This document shows, piece by piece, positions 14,790 through 29,209 of a DNA stretch of 64,000 bases (position 1 is the stretch's first letter; every line of letters begins with the position of its first letter). The notes beneath the pieces are model-generated. The model did no database searches. It saw only the letters and a program-made list of their open reading frames with translations, and had not been told where the DNA came from. This DNA comes from Octopus vulgaris (taxonomy: Eukaryota): positions 44,888,001 to 44,952,000 of the forward strand of contig OX597831.1 of assembly GCA_951406725.2 (NCBI GenBank), in the 5' to 3' direction. A program made the position numbers and the translations under genes.

Positions 14790-16915
14790 TGAGTTGATGG
14801 AATATTTAAAAAAAAATAAAAATAAAATCGAGAAAAGGAGAAGAATTTGAGGATATCATTCTCAAAACGCTAAAACTGCTAAAACAATTCGGGGAAAATA
14901 CCCGGCTAGTGTGGGGATTAAAAAAAAAGATTTTTAGAAGAGATTTTTACAAAAAGTTTGTCCGTAGGGAAGTCCAGAACATCTAGACTTCTCGAAGATC
15001 AATTGAGTGTTCTCCCCTTTGCTTTCTCCAACAATTATGGCTGTGCTGAAATTAGATGTGTGAATGTGGATAGATTTGTGTCAATTTGGAGACAAGGTCA
15101 CTTACTCAACATTTTCGAGATCGCTCGGTATAGATGTGGCAGCTATCAGGAGATGAAGGTTTCTAGAATGCACACACTAGCGCCCGTTTTCGACAACTAT
15201 TAGATATTCTCATTTTGTGGTCAGTTAGAAATTAGTGCTATTCCGAAAATCTTTATATCTCAAAGTACGGGCAAAGTTCTTGAACCCGGACAGTAAGTTG
15301 GTGGTCCTGGACGTGAACCGCAGCGAAGATGGCACCTTTAGACTGGTGACCGTTTATACCATGACAGGAGCAGGAGGATCAGATTTCTTCAGATGTCTAT
15401 AAACATCCCTGGAAATGCCTTGCTCTTTATTACTAGTGAGCGAGTTGAATTGTATTTTGAACGAACAGGGTGACTCTGTGAAGCTAGTGCAGGGCAGAAG
15501 GTGGTACAAAAGTGTGGAACACCTGCTCAGAAACTTCCCGTTGCCTGACGGGTACCGACTGGATTTCTCTGATGTGCTAGTACGGACATGGAACCACCAC
15601 ACTGTGGGTCATTCAGATCATATCTAGAAAGAGTATTTGTTAGCTCAGTGGATAGGAATAACGTAGATGAAACTCCAAAGAGTTAGCAACAGGAAGAAAC
15701 AGATTAGGGAGAGAACTATTTTGCAAACTAAACGCTTCATGACCGACGTTTTAGCAATGTTTGGTCATTTCTTCGAAAGCTGCATTATAAAAACTAAAAC
15801 TGTGGAGCTCAAACACGAATGAACAAAAACCGTGAGATGAGCCCGCACAATGGTAACAAAACCACGATCAGGTTCTTGACAGACCGGTATGGGCGTATGC
15901 TACTCGGTTCCGAGCGCTTGTGTGCGTCTTTCCGGTAGTACTTCGCGTGACAGTTAGGGGAGGGTTGATGGGCCGGTGACAGTACCAGACCACCGGTAGT
16001 GGACATGAGATTCTGGGAAAAGCCGATAACAACTACTGACATGAGGGAAGCGATGAGCGGTTGCACAAGGCGCAAACTACCCGGTTCGGATGATCTGCCC
16101 CATGAATTCAACGGGTTTAGCCAAATTTGTTTGACGGCCTTTTGACAGATATCTACCGTAACTAGCAGCAGAACGGGAAAATTCTAGTATTGTTAGCCAG
16201 GGAGTAAAAACGCTGCTTAGGAAGAACGCCGACAAAGGAGACGTACTAAGTAACTTTTGGTCCATAACTGTGCTAAACACAGAATTTAAGATTTGGGCCA
16301 AGATGTTAACGAAAAGGTTAGTGCTTGTCGTCGGTCATTTGGTTGGGGAAGCACAAATGTGCGCGATCCCGAAGAGGTCTATCCATGACGATCTCCACCT
16401 CATGCGATACATCATGCAGAGAGCTGGCTTGAAAGCTGGTTTCAGTGGGAGTTCTGATCAATTTGGATCAGTCTAAAATATTCGATTAGCTCACCCATCG
16501 TTACCCATCATTACTTGGGTGCCGTCTTGAAATCACCCGGGTTCGGAGCCGTTTTCAGAGGTTGGATCGCTGCAATGCACAGCGGTACCTTCTCGGTGAT
16601 CAAAGTAAACGGGAACCTGTCGAGACCGTTTTGCATTGCATGTTTGGTGTTGTCAAGGCAGCTCGTTCTCATTTTTTCTGTACGTGCTGACTTAAGGCCA
16701 CTGCTGCGGATGTTGGAAATGGGACCTGGGAAGGCAGTGTTGGTGTACGCAGACGACGTTACTGCTATGGTGTTGGACACATCCGTGGTGGCAGTGGTCG
16801 TCACTATTCTAAAGAAATACAAGTCGATGACAGGACCCAAAATCAACGCCAAGTAGGTAGGCTTGCAGTTGTGCACCTGAAGAGACAGGTCCATGCCATC
16901 AGATAGCATTGTAAA
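14790..16915 (+). mobile_element. Degraded L1/Tx1-type LINE (endonuclease and RT remnants)
   Basis: Fragments LVVLDV...FRLVTVY, FRPITVLNTEFKIWAKML-like, AQMCAIPKRSIHDDLHLMRYI and YADD, with many stops and frameshifts. Confidence 0.75.
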
Positions 16916-17054
16916 TCGTGTATACACACTGTAACCTGGGTATACATTTTGCCATTTTTATTTTCATTTCATTCTACATAAATCCCCACACTTTATGTCT
17001 ATCTTTGTATTGCCCCCCCCACCGCCATCCGTCGTCCTGGTGGCAAATAAAGGA

Positions 17055-17056
<2 letters not shown>

Positions 17057-17110
<54 letters not shown>

Positions 17111-17114
17111 TAAT

Positions 17115-17168
<54 letters not shown>

Positions 17169-17197
17169 AATAATAATAATAATAATAACAATAATCA
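17057..17197. repeat. (AAT)n/(AAC)n microsatellite
   Basis: Direct inspection. Confidence 0.95.
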
Positions 17198-18608
17198 TCG
17201 TCGTCGTCATTGGAACAATTGTAACTTGCTTTGTTTACGTATTCTATTGGTGCTGACCAATCCTTTTTAGCCGTTGAAAGAACAGTTTAAAACGGCCTCT
17301 AGCTTGTAAGGAGAACTTGCAGATCTTGTTTTGACTCGTTGCTTTATTTATTTGTATATATTTTTTTAATATTTAATATTATATATAATTAAGTTTGGTC
17401 TGCTTTGCTCTAACTGCCGCAATCTGGTGCAATGCTGTTTTTCGACATATTGTCTTTTGTCTTTCGTCAGGGCCAATGGTTCCAGCCGTTTCCGTCTTTT
17501 TTCCCCCTCCTTCCGCCGGCTTTCTAAGTGAACATCTTTAAAACTCGACCCGTAAATCCAGATTTCGTTGCAGACTGTCACTATGATGGCTATACACAAA
17601 TACCCGCATGCTTACATACAAGATTTTGAATCAGCATGGCTATTCAACAAAATACTCGCCAATTTGTAGAAAGTGTTTCTCTCCAATTGCATTAGTATTT
17701 TGTTGTTTAAGCCAAAGCAAAGCTTCATCGAGTAGACCTATGATCAAAAACATTGAAGCCTTCTACTTGTTTCAGTTATTTGGCTGCGGCCATGCTGGGA
17801 TACCGCCTTCAAAGGTTCAGTGAAACAAACCGTCTCCAGTACTTATTTTTTCATATCTAATATTAATTCCTTCGGTGTGTCTCTAGGCGAACTGCCAAGC
17901 CACGGGGAAGTAAACGAGCCAGCACCGGTTTTCTTTTCTTTTCTTGTGTGTACCAGGGACCACTAAAATAGTAGGGCGAATGATCTGAGGGAAATTTAGT
18001 TGCTATTTTGTGATCGGTCCAATGGTCACTTTGAATAGTGTTTTTTTTTTCAGACCTTCTGATTGCTCCAGTCTAGCATTTTGATTAAATATAGAATTAC
18101 CGTGCGATATGTGATATGAGGGAGATTTAGCTACTATTTTGTGACATATTCAATGGCCACATAGAGTAGTCTTCCCCTCCCCCCCTGGTCTTTTGATAGT
18201 TCAGTCCAGTATTCAAACATCGAATCGGCCAATATTTCCCCTTAAATCTTCCTTTGGTGTTATTCAATGGCAGGCGATCTTTAATTTAAATTCCTCAGCA
18301 CGCTCTGAAATGACATGGTGTGGGTCCTGGGAGGGCAATGGCTCCGCTGCCATCACTAGGAGGTGGGATGGCAGACCTCATTGGGTGACATCAAAATAAC
18401 TCTCTATAAAATTTCCGGTGTCTAATTAATGTATGTCATATTGTAATAAAGTTTAACATTAAATCAATATCATTTCAATGTATTTCTCAAACGGTTTCAC
18501 TTCGATTTCAGTTTTTCTTAGCGAATACTCACTTGAACCCCGCACAGTTTATTGTAAATCTGTGCATCTGTGTATTAGTGTGTGTGTGTGTATGTGTGTG
18601 TGTGTGTG

Positions 18609-18687
<79 letters not shown>

Positions 18688-18688
<1 letters not shown>

Positions 18689-18885
18689 GACGCGCAGCAT
18701 AGCGGTTAGAGTATTCGGCTCGCGATCATAAGGTCATCACTTCACTTCCTGATGTTGCGTTGTGTCCTTGAGCAAGACACTTTATTTCACGTTGCTCCAG
18801 TCCACCCAGCAGGCAAAAAAATGAGTTGTACCCGTAATTCAATGGGTCAGCGTTGTCACATTCTGTGTCCCGCTGAATATTCCCG
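18688..18885 (+). mobile_element. tRNA-derived SINE with V/CORE-like body
   Basis: Degenerate tRNA head, then GTTGTGTCCTTGAGCAAGACACTT. 3' part (TGTACCCGTAATTCAA...CGCTGAATAT) is shared with the tail of 1421-1806. Confidence 0.65.
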
Positions 18886-19097
18886 GTTTTCTAGCCGTCA
18901 ACAAAAATGAATTTAACAACCTACAAGCTGGATAACAGAACAGTAAACAATCTGTGTATAAGAACAACTCGTAAGTTGTATCTTACATTGTAACGATGAA
19001 AAAAAAAAGGGGCCTTTTCAACTAATGATAATTTTCTTCCTCTCATTTATTTGCTACATATATAAATCGTTACAAAAACACAAACTTGTTATTAGTC

Positions 19098-19126
19098 TAT
19101 CCATCCATCCATCCATCCATCCATCC

Positions 19127-19210
<84 letters not shown>

Positions 19211-19228
19211 GCCTGCGTGCGTGCCTGC

Positions 19229-19314
<86 letters not shown>

Positions 19315-19476
19315 GTCTATCCATCTCCAAGAGAGAATCACTGCGCAATGTGTTATATTTCTTGATTGGGACTCGTGATGGAGGTGCTGCAAACTCAAGA
19401 GGTACCCTGTGTGACACACTCATGCTTCACCAATGGGACCACCACCACCACCACCACAACCACCACCACCACCACC

Positions 19477-19556
<80 letters not shown>

Positions 19557-19590
19557 CACCACCACCACCACCACCACCACCACTACTACT
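19098..19590. repeat. (CCAT)n/(CTAT)n and (CAC)n/(TAC)n microsatellites
   Basis: Direct inspection. Confidence 0.95.
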
Positions 19591-19954
19591 AAGCTGCTGC
19601 TAAGCTGCTTTTCTCCATCTATTCCACGTTTCTGTGCTATTTATATACATTCAATGATAGTGTCTTTTAAAACCATATGATGTATGTTTTATTAATCAAT
19701 CTTCAACTTTTCATCATTATTATTAAATTTAGAATTCTCTAAAGTGTGAGCCAGACATTGTAACAACTATGTCGTTCGATCTGCCTGGAATCGTATTCTA
19801 TTTCCTTATAAAAGAAAGAAGACACATTAGAAAATGTAGTCCAGGATATGTCATGTCTTGGATACTGAAAATATCAGATAGTCACGGCTGAAATATATTT
19901 GGCTACTTTCCAACTTTTTATTTACTAGAGGAATTGGTTAGCATAACATTATTT

Positions 19955-20560
19955 TGGCTCAAGGCCAGCAATTTCAGAGTAGGAGCGTAAGTCCATAACA
20001 TCAAACCCGGTGCTCAAACTGGTACTTGTTTCATCGACCTCAAAACGTTGAAAGGCAAAGTCGACCTTGGCAGAATTTGAACTCTCAACGTAAAGATGGA
20101 CGAAATACCGGGAAATATTGTGCCCGGGGTTCTAACGATTCTTATTTCTTTATTGCCTACAAGGGGCTAAACATAGAGGGGACAAACAAGGACAGACAAA
20201 TGGATTAAGTCGATTATGTCGACCCCAGTGCGTAACTGGTACTTATTTAATCGACCCCGAAAGGATGAAAGGCATAGCCCACCTCGGCGGAATTTGAACT
20301 CAGAACGTAGCGGCAGATGAAAAACCTATTTCTTTATTACCCACAGGGGGCTAAACACAGAAGGGACAAACAAGACAGACAAACGGATTAAGTCGATTAT
20401 TATCGACCCTAGTGCGTAACTGGTACTTATTTAATCGACACCGAAAGGATGAAAGGCACAGTCGACCTCGGCGGAATTTGAACTCAGAACGTAGCGGCTG
20501 ACGAAATATCGGTAAGCATTTCGCCCGGCGTGCTAACGATTCTGCCAAGCTCGCCGACTT
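19955..20560 (-). mobile_element. Cluster of Nin-domain SINEs, including an internally duplicated copy
   Basis: Three successive GAAAGGCAAAGTCGACCTCGGCGGAATTTGAACTCAG-type cores. Confidence 0.8.
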
Positions 20561-21759
20561 AACGTTAATCCTATATTACATGCTTTAATGCGCTAAAAAA
20601 TTTTTCTTGAATATGAACAGCTTACACTCATGTATAATTCGAACTATTTTATACTCGAATTTAACTTAAAAAGCATGGTTTTTGCACCAAGATTTAACAT
20701 TGAATCAGGGCTGCGACTTATACACGAATATTTTGGACAATAATTCTTTCACAAAAGGAAACAATCGCCTAATTTCTTGCCCCTTTCTTTATCCATAAGG
20801 TAATGGTAGCAATGCCGAAAGTTCGCCGAACATCTATTACACCCGTCTCACGAGTTTAATAGTTTATTTTCTAATCTTTTAGTAAAAAAAATTTTTTTTT
20901 AAATTGGCTGTCGGTGCTAGGAAAGTAACGATTTTTCATTAGATGTCCATTTGGGGCTGACTTTAGGTTAAACTACCATTATTAGGGTATTTAAAGCCAA
21001 AGACATCTAGTTTTGTTTTTCACGGACAATGAACAGACTAAGCTTTTTCACGGACAATGAAATGACTTTGATTGAAGCAAAACTGGAGCTTGGCTCTATC
21101 ATCAGCTGACACTACCTACCATCCATCTCCCAGAAGGTAACATGATTAACTAGCGAGATGAACAAGCAATTTTTTTCGTGTGAGTGTATGTGTAGAGGAT
21201 AACCTTATACAGGGTACAAAGCTGTCACAAAGTACAATCTGTATCTGAGTACAAACTGTAACGAACTAAAACTATGACAGAGTACAAGTTTTAACGAAGT
21301 ACAATCTGTGACGGTAATGAGACGTTTTGGTGGAGCCGTTTTGGCGCCGCCTAACAGGCGCTAATTCGATGCTGACTTATTTGACATCAGACCTTTTAAT
21401 GTTTTTCCCGTTCTTTCTCTCCTCTCTTTCTCTTTCCCTGTTTATGTGTGTGAGTATATTGATCTCTACGCATATGAGGTGAGGGAGAATGTTCATGTTA
21501 CGTGTTCATTTCATAAATTATAATCTCTCTTATTTTTCTCTCATTTCTCTCTCACTCACTCTTTATATCCGTATGTGCCTATTTCTGCACGCGCGCACAA
21601 CCGTGTTTGCTTCCAGCACCGAGAAGTACTGTTGCCAAAAATAGGCCGACTGTCCAGCCAGCCGTGCCAAATCGTTAGCGTTCATACAGCTGCGCCCAAT
21701 CGTCTCCTTCTGATCTGATACAGTGTACAAATTACAATATTGTAATGGGAGCTTAAACA

Positions 21760-21915
21760 TGTAATGGCGTAAGCTCAGTAAGAAGATACAAACTGTTTGT
21801 GCTTAAAACGAGATCAGATGGAGCTAATTCTTTTGATATAGTAATGGGACCGAGTGACTCAGCTCTGGTAACGGATATCGTTGGAATATACCTCTTATTC
21901 CACATCTGAATTCCC
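21760..21915 (+). mobile_element. Penelope (Hydra-type) RT fragment, inverted near-duplicate of 23521-23625
   Basis: Encodes DGANSFDIVMGPSDSALVTDIVGIYLLFHI and ends at the same point as the 23521 copy. Confidence 0.75.
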
Positions 21916-22224
21916 ACTTCTTTTGAAGTACATCTAAAAGTACATCTAAAAGTGGATTTGAAACTATTGATTTTCTTTTCTGAAGCACATGACACCAACC
22001 ATCATATTTTTCCTTTTATTAATACTAAGGGACAAATATAAACAGCTGACTCGGCCCTAGTGTATTAATGGTAAATATTTTATCAACGACAAAACCTTTA
22101 AATGAAAAGTCAGCGTTGCTGGGATTCGAATTCAGGCTTATAAAACAATGAAGGAGGTCCATCAAGGGAGTGAATCCAATTTCTTAACGTCTTCGAAAAT
22201 TCCTCAAATAATCTCTTCTACAAC

Positions 22225-22660
22225 AGGAAGAAAGTATGAAATTTGATGGGGTAAGGTGAGTCAATTACATAGACCTCAGTATTCAGCTGGTACTCATTTC
22301 ATCGGCCCCGAAAGGATGAAAGACAAAGATTACCTCAGCGGAATTTGAACTCAGAATGTAAGGACGGACGAAATGCTGGCAAGCATTTTACGCGGCGTGC
22401 TGATCATTCTGCCAAATCCTGTAATAATAATAATGATATTGGTTTCAATTTTTGGCACAAAGCCAGCAATTTCAAGTGAGTGGGTTAAGTCGTTTACATC
22501 GATTCTAGTGGTCAACAGGTACTTACTTTATCAACCCTGAAAGGACAAAAAGGCAAAGTCGATCTCAGAGGAATTTGAACTCAGAACGCAAAGAAAGGCG
22601 ATAGAAAACGGCGCATCTTTGTCTGGCGTGCTAACGATTCTGCCAAATCGGCCTCTTGCA
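22225..22660 (-). mobile_element. Two tandem Nin-domain SINE copies
   Basis: Conserved core at 22290-22355 and 22518-22590. Confidence 0.7.
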
Positions 22661-23324
22661 AATTCCCGTAATGATAATATCAATGGAAAAAAAAATACTG
22701 AAACAATGAAAAGGCATTGAATGGAATTCTTTATTTATAAATTCGATTTTCGATAGGTTTATTTCTGCCCAGAATCGTAGCAGACTTGCAATTACTGCGC
22801 TGGTTGCTATTCAACTTTTGGTTCCAAGACAAGTTTTCGCTCCATTTACCACGAAGCGCTCCAGAGGAACCTGACAAATAAAGCATAAAGTACATGTGTT
22901 GGTTATTTTTGAGGTTATTGACTATTTCCTATAAATCTTTCCTAGACAGTCGTTCATTGAAGTGTTTCTTCATAAGTTATTGATGTTTCTCAATTCCTTT
23001 CCCGTATCCTGAAGCAATCGGCATCAATACTAGATGTACTGGCGATTTGCGCTTCTTTTTTCATTTTTTTCTTTTGTTTCTTTTTCCCTCTTTTTTTAAT
23101 TATGTGGCTTGGTTAAGTTCAAGACGTTAAGCTTTCTCCATCTAAACACCAGAAAGCGAAGAAGATTGATCCCTTAAGAAAAGCGATTTATGACTCACAA
23201 CATTCACTATAACCAGTATAGCTAGAGGTAGTCATAGCAAGGCACTAAATCTGCAAAATCAGTGGAGCGCCAGACCAAATAAATGCCATGCGACATTTAG
23301 ATGCATATCATTCATTAGATTCTG

Positions 23325-23495
23325 AGCTGGTAGAATCTTCACCGCCCGGATCAAATAGCTAACAGCATTTCTTCCGGCGTTTTATGTTCTGAGTTCAAAT
23401 GCAGCCGAGGTTGATTTTGTCTTTCATCCTTTCGGAGTCGACAAAATAAAGTACCAGTTGAGTATTGGGGTCGGTGTTATTTACTGGCCCCTTGT
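23325..23495 (+). mobile_element. Nin-domain SINE
   Basis: GAGCTGGTAGAA..TTCTGAGTTCAAAT..TTTCATCCTTTCGGAGTCGAC. Confidence 0.7.
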
Positions 23496-23520
23496 ATAGA
23501 CCCCGCCACCATTATTTGTG

Positions 23521-24930
23521 GGAATTCAGATGTGGAATAAGAGGTATATTCCAACGATATCCGTTACCAGAGCTGAGTCGCTCGATCCCATTACTATATC
23601 AAAAGAATTAGCTCCATCTGATATCGTCCATAGCTTGTTGTTGTAATTAATAACGGTTTGACGAACTGTTAAAATTATGTCTACATCTGACTTAGATAAG
23701 CTAGACGTTTTCATTGCGAATATGAGTGCTTTGTTTAGTATTATAGGGTTAATTATGGAGTTGTAGCTATCTACATTTAATTGTATAAATTTGGATTTTT
23801 TAGTTTTCTCTGCTTTCACAAACCATCATATAACCCCCTGAGTGTCCGACCATAAGGAAATTCTAATCTTATTTTTTAGTTTGGGCATTATTTTGTCTAT
23901 GATGTTTTTACTTATACGTCCAATGTCTGATTTTAATGGGCATATTAATCTTACTTTAGGGTCACTATCGAAGTTATTTTTGTGCTCTTTAAGGTTTATC
24001 CTAGGTTTTCTTGGGGCAAATGGTTCAGTCGTATCGTCCATCTCTAGAGTTTTTACTATTTCTAATCCTTTGTAGTTTATATTAGTTAAGATGTTGCTGA
24101 GTGTATGATTGTATTTGCTAAGCATTTCTTTTTTGACTAAACTATTACATAATGTGGTGTCTAGAATATAAAAGTTACTGGTTTTGTCTGCGGGTACAAT
24201 TATTCCGTTTACATCTTTAAAGACCTCCAGTACTTTTTTCAATTTCTGCTTGTTTTCGTTCTTCTTTGTTGGGCATTTCCTGAATTTGATTTTCTGTATT
24301 ATTTCGTATTGTTCTTCCTCGAATTGTGTTAAGTGTTGATTTGTTAGTGGGTCTCTTGCATTTATATCCTTCTGGTGTTCCTGTTTGCTATTTTCCTTCT
24401 CGTGGAAGAATGCTTTCCATCTCATTCTTCTTATGAAGGAGCTTGTGCTGGCTGCTAGTTGTTTTAACTATTCACTTTTGGTTGGTATGCGGATGTCCTT
24501 TAGCGAGAAGTCTAGATTTAGTTTCTCCATCTTTTGACTGTCCGTAGTACTATAATGTAAAAAGCCACTTCGTCCGGTTACCTGGTTTTTGTCAGTGTTA
24601 GTCATGGCATATTCCATTAGGAACGTGGTAGAGTACGATATAAAGCTCGTCCACTTTCATAATTGCCCAGTACTATCCCGTAGTATTATTATATACTTCC
24701 AAGTTTAAGTTTGAGCATTCATCGCGTGTGAATATAAAATTGAAGAAATTGGAGTCAATAAGAAGGAGTACAGTTGGACAGTTGAAACACAACTAGATCT
24801 CATTATGTAAATAAACAGTTGCATGATCAAATGCCTGTATTGCTGGAGAACCACGTTGCGTCGAAACAATTGTAGCGATTAAAGAATAACTGTCCAACCA
24901 TACTCATTGTTGATTCTAATTTCTTCAATT
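23521..24930 (-). mobile_element. Penelope-like element (Hydra-type), 5' half, degraded
   Basis: ATG at 24530 (MEKLNLDFSLK), then MRWKAFF, PADKT, KEHKNNF..PKVRLICP..SDIGRISK and SFDIVMG. A degenerate hammerhead-like GTCGAAACAATTGTA lies on the opposite strand near 24860. Confidence 0.85.
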
Positions 24931-24960
24931 ATATATACATATATATACATACATATATAC

Positions 24961-25102
<142 letters not shown>

Positions 25103-25274
25103 TCTATCAGCAAAAGTGACCGATAGAATAAGTACTAGGCTTAAATAATAAGTCCTGAGGTCGATTGGTTCGACTAAAGGCGGTGCTTCAGCATGGCCGC
25201 AGTGAAATGACTGAAACACAAAAAAAGAATACACACACACACATAAATAAATATACATATATATACATATATAT

Positions 25275-25325
<51 letters not shown>

Positions 25326-25589
25326 CATATATATATGAATATACATGTGTATATATATATGCATGTATTTGTTTATATATGTACGTATATGAATATATAT
25401 ATATGTGCGTGTGTGTATGCATATATACATATATATATGCGTGTGTGTGTGTGTGTGTATGTGTGTGTGTGTGTATGCGTGCATAAGTGTGCGTATGAGC
25501 GTTGTTTGGTATGATTTATTATTTTATTCCCTTTTATTGGATTCTTAATAAAGTTGTCGTCTCTTCTATAATTAGCGAACATTTAATTC

Positions 25590-25900
25590 ATCGCTCTATC
25601 CTTTGTGAATTGGTTTGTGTATTTTTAACGTGTGTAATGTCCAATGTTATTTTTGCATGGTATTTATACCTCAAATCTTCCGCGGCTTAGTCTGCTAGTC
25701 TTTTAGAATATCCCTTGTTAACGAGTGTTTGTTTTCTTCTCTGGATTTCTTTATTTAGTGCCACGTTTGTAGAAGACAATCTGAATGCGCTTCTAAGTAG
25801 GAATTTCATTATCGACATTTTGTAGCTGTGTAGATATTGACTGTCTCCGTACAGTGACATATATTTGTTTGTGCCTTTGGCGTACATGGACATAATGTGT
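25590..25900 (-). mobile_element. Penelope-like RT thumb fragment
   Basis: YAKGTN..SYKMSIMKFLLRSAFRLSS...EIQR.KQTLVNKGYS resembles the PLE thumb motif (K.TN...RA..ICS...NGYP). Confidence 0.55.
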
Positions 25901-25926
25901 CTATTATTTTACGAAGTATGAAATTA

Positions 25927-25963
<37 letters not shown>

Positions 25964-26328
25964 GAGTGAGAGAGCAGTTCATGCCATCAAAGTGATGCTG
26001 GGGTAAAATATACGAAGCCCAATATACCCATCATGACTACCCGTCTGATAAAGGTACACCAGGCACATGCATCACAACCATATGTGCGCGACATGGTGAT
26101 CTCATATCAAGATAAACAGCACATGACCTTGTAGGTGGGGCCCAGTTAGAATTTTCTTCAGGTTGAGTAGCCCATCCCGCTCAAAAGGTCCCTGAATAAG
26201 GGTTGTTTAAGGATGTTGAAAGAACCACCCATGTTTCCAGAGGTGAACTATTCAAACCCCAAAGAATCCCTCTCAACACATGGCTATGATGCTCCCCCAC
26301 TACTTCTGCTCGTGATCAGAGATGCACA
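25964..26328. repeat. Unclassified interspersed repeat embedded in (ATT)n
   Basis: Complex sequence bounded on both sides by ATT microsatellite, as expected for a microsatellite-targeting retroelement fragment. Confidence 0.4.
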
Positions 26329-26331
26329 TTA

Positions 26332-26362
<31 letters not shown>

Positions 26363-26390
26363 TATTATCATTATTATTATTTATTATTAT

Positions 26391-26422
<32 letters not shown>

Positions 26423-26477
26423 AAGCTACTACTATCATCATCATCATCATCATCATCATTATCATCATCACCACCAC

Positions 26478-26522
<45 letters not shown>

Positions 26523-28642
26523 TATCATTATCATCATCATTATAATAATTATTATTATTATTATTATTATTGTTGTTGTTGTTGTTATTGTTATTATTGT
26601 TGTTGTTGTTGTTGTTAAGGTGGCAAGCTGGCAGAATCGATAGCATGCCGGGCATTCACTACATTCACTTCCTCACGTCTCCATCGCTGTCGTCCTTTTT
26701 CTCTTTCTATTATATCTTCTTACTGTTCCTCTCTGATCTGTGCTCTATATCTGCGCTTCCTTTTCTAGGGCAGCTTGTAACCGTGTTTCTTGTAAATCCA
26801 GAATTTAGGTTAAATTGACCCTTATAAACAAATATCAATTTTGTAAGCGAGCAGACGATAAATAATTGCACTTTTGCGTATGCCATGGCGGCTGTAAAAA
26901 ATTAGTCCCCAAAAAAAAAAGCTTTTCAGTAGCAACACACCACCACCACTGTTGTCCGCCTCTCTCTCTCTCTCTCTCTCCCTCTCTCAATATAGCTGCC
27001 TCCCCTGTCCATCTCTCTCTATCTACCTTTTCACATCAGTTTAACTTTTTAACGATGTAATAAGTATTCCTTTCCCACTTCGTTGCGCATCGTAAACACT
27101 TCTTTCTCCGTCTTTTTCTCTCGTCGTCTCTTATCTCTCGTTCTTCGCCTCTACCTTCTGCTTACCACGTGACTATTTAGCCTAAGTCTATTAATATTAA
27201 TCGCCTTTCTCCACTTCTTCCTCTAATCTTTCTTCAAACCTGCCTCTCTTTTTCACTCTTACACCACCTCTCACTCGCCCCACCTCCACCTCTTTTACTA
27301 ACTAATGTATAACGGGCGAACGAAGAAGCAGCGGCCAGGCCTGACCTTTCTTTCTTGGTTCGACTACCATCTGTGCAACATCTATATTCCTCCCTGTGCA
27401 TGCTAAATCTTATGTCCCTGCTGTAAGGCTTTACTTCCACACACGCCAGCTTAATTTAACTCATCCTTAGTCGAAAGATACCTGCTGTTATGTCCTGTTA
27501 ATTGCATTTGTATTTGTGTAACATTTCTCTGCTTTTTTTCCGTTCTTGTTTTCGTGTACATTCACTGCTTTCTTCCAAAGAATTTAATTCTCTTAGCTTA
27601 GTTTTTCCTTGGAGCTGGCCAGATTCGAGTATAACCAGCCAAAATTGCAAAGATAATCTGGAACTTGACTGAAGAAAGAAGTCTCCGAATGACCCGTCCT
27701 TGTTTTCTTTGTATCGTCTGTCTGGATGTCTTGCGTTCTTGTCACATTTTTGTATTTTTTATTATATAGATGTATATACGCATATGTATGCGCGCGCGCG
27801 TGTGTGTGCGTACACACATATATATGTATTATTATATATGCACACACACACACATATGTACGTACATAAATATACAAACGCTCAAATATTTAGAATGGAT
27901 ATGTGTTTGTTGGATCATTCGTGTACGAGTGTGTATGTACTGTATGAGTGTGTGTGTGTGTGGGGGGCATTTTTTTAATGCTCTTTTTCTGTTCCCGTTA
28001 TCGGACTTCAATCGGACCGAGGCTCCGCCTTCAATGGTTTTCTTCGATTATATCGATCCCAGTATTCTTTTTCAATATAATACTTACTTGATCGATCTCT
28101 ATTTACTGAATGGCTAATTTCTCTTTCCGCATAAATGAACATCACTCAACAAAATTACTTTTCATCGCCGCCCCGATTTACTTCCTCACACACATACCCA
28201 CATGTCCTTCACAACCCCTACACACAATCACACATACGCACGCGCATATTTCGTTATAGCAATGAAAGAAATACATGTAGTAAAATAGCCATCAATGTAT
28301 CATTCATAATATATAAACATTGTCGATAGGCCTGAGATAACATCTCTTTTACACGTGCTATGCTAAAAATAGTGTTTATACTTTAAGTATGATAGCTAGA
28401 AGGCTATTTTAATTTAATACTACTTCAATTGCGTACACGGGATTTTTATTCAGACGGGCGGCTGTTAACAAAATCAGCAAAAGTTTTATTCACTTTTGCC
28501 TATATCAGAGGCAACGAATTCTAGTCTGAGTATGTGGCTGACTGCGAGTAGGCACCATTAAAAAGGCCTCAAAATGTCGAAATGTATCTGGCGTTCTCAC
28601 TGGCTACTCTTAGTAAGAATTTTCATCTCCCTCTGGTATTTA

Positions 28643-29209
28643 TTGGGTTGTCCGGAAAGTTCGTGCCGATTTTTTAAAGGAAAGAAAAAGGTCAATGAAT
28701 ACTTGCCATTACATTTTTAATTAACCAAATATGAACTATTTTGTTGCACAATCCGTCTCCATCTTTCCTTTAACTTGAAAATACCCTCTTCCCAGAATTG
28801 AGGTGGTTTCATGGCAAAGAATTCATCAAGGTATCTTTTTACGTCATCTAAGGAATTGAAATTTTTACCATTAAGACTATTCTGCGGAGACCTGAATAAG
28901 TGGAAAAACGAAGGAGCAATATCTGGTGAATATGGAGGGTGGGGTAACACATCCCAGCTGAGTTGCAGCAATTTTTGTCTGGTTCCCAATGCACCAAGTG
29001 CCGAAAATGAACTTTCTCATCTTCCATTTTAAAGGGTTACAGAATTAACACAGGTTATAGGAACATAAACCTTCTTCCACGAAAAGATAGCTTAAACTGT
29101 GCTCTAAATGGAGGTGTAGTCAAATCCTATTTTATGGACTCAACCACGTTCTAAAATAAGTCGAAAGGTAAGCTACTATAAATCGGCACGAACTTTCCGG
29201 ACAACCCAA
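28643..29209 (-). mobile_element. Internally deleted mariner (567 bp) with perfect TIRs and TA TSD
   Basis: TIR TTGGGTTGTCCGGAAAGTTCGTGCCGATTT at both ends. The N-terminus MEDEKVHFRH is fused to the C-terminus HPPYSPDIAPS.FHLF. Confidence 0.92.

Noticed and set aside
16964-17270. Poly-N, poly-L, poly-T, poly-H and poly-D ORFs (also 13.9, 14.4, 19.4 and 26.3 kb)
   Set aside because: Trinucleotide microsatellites.
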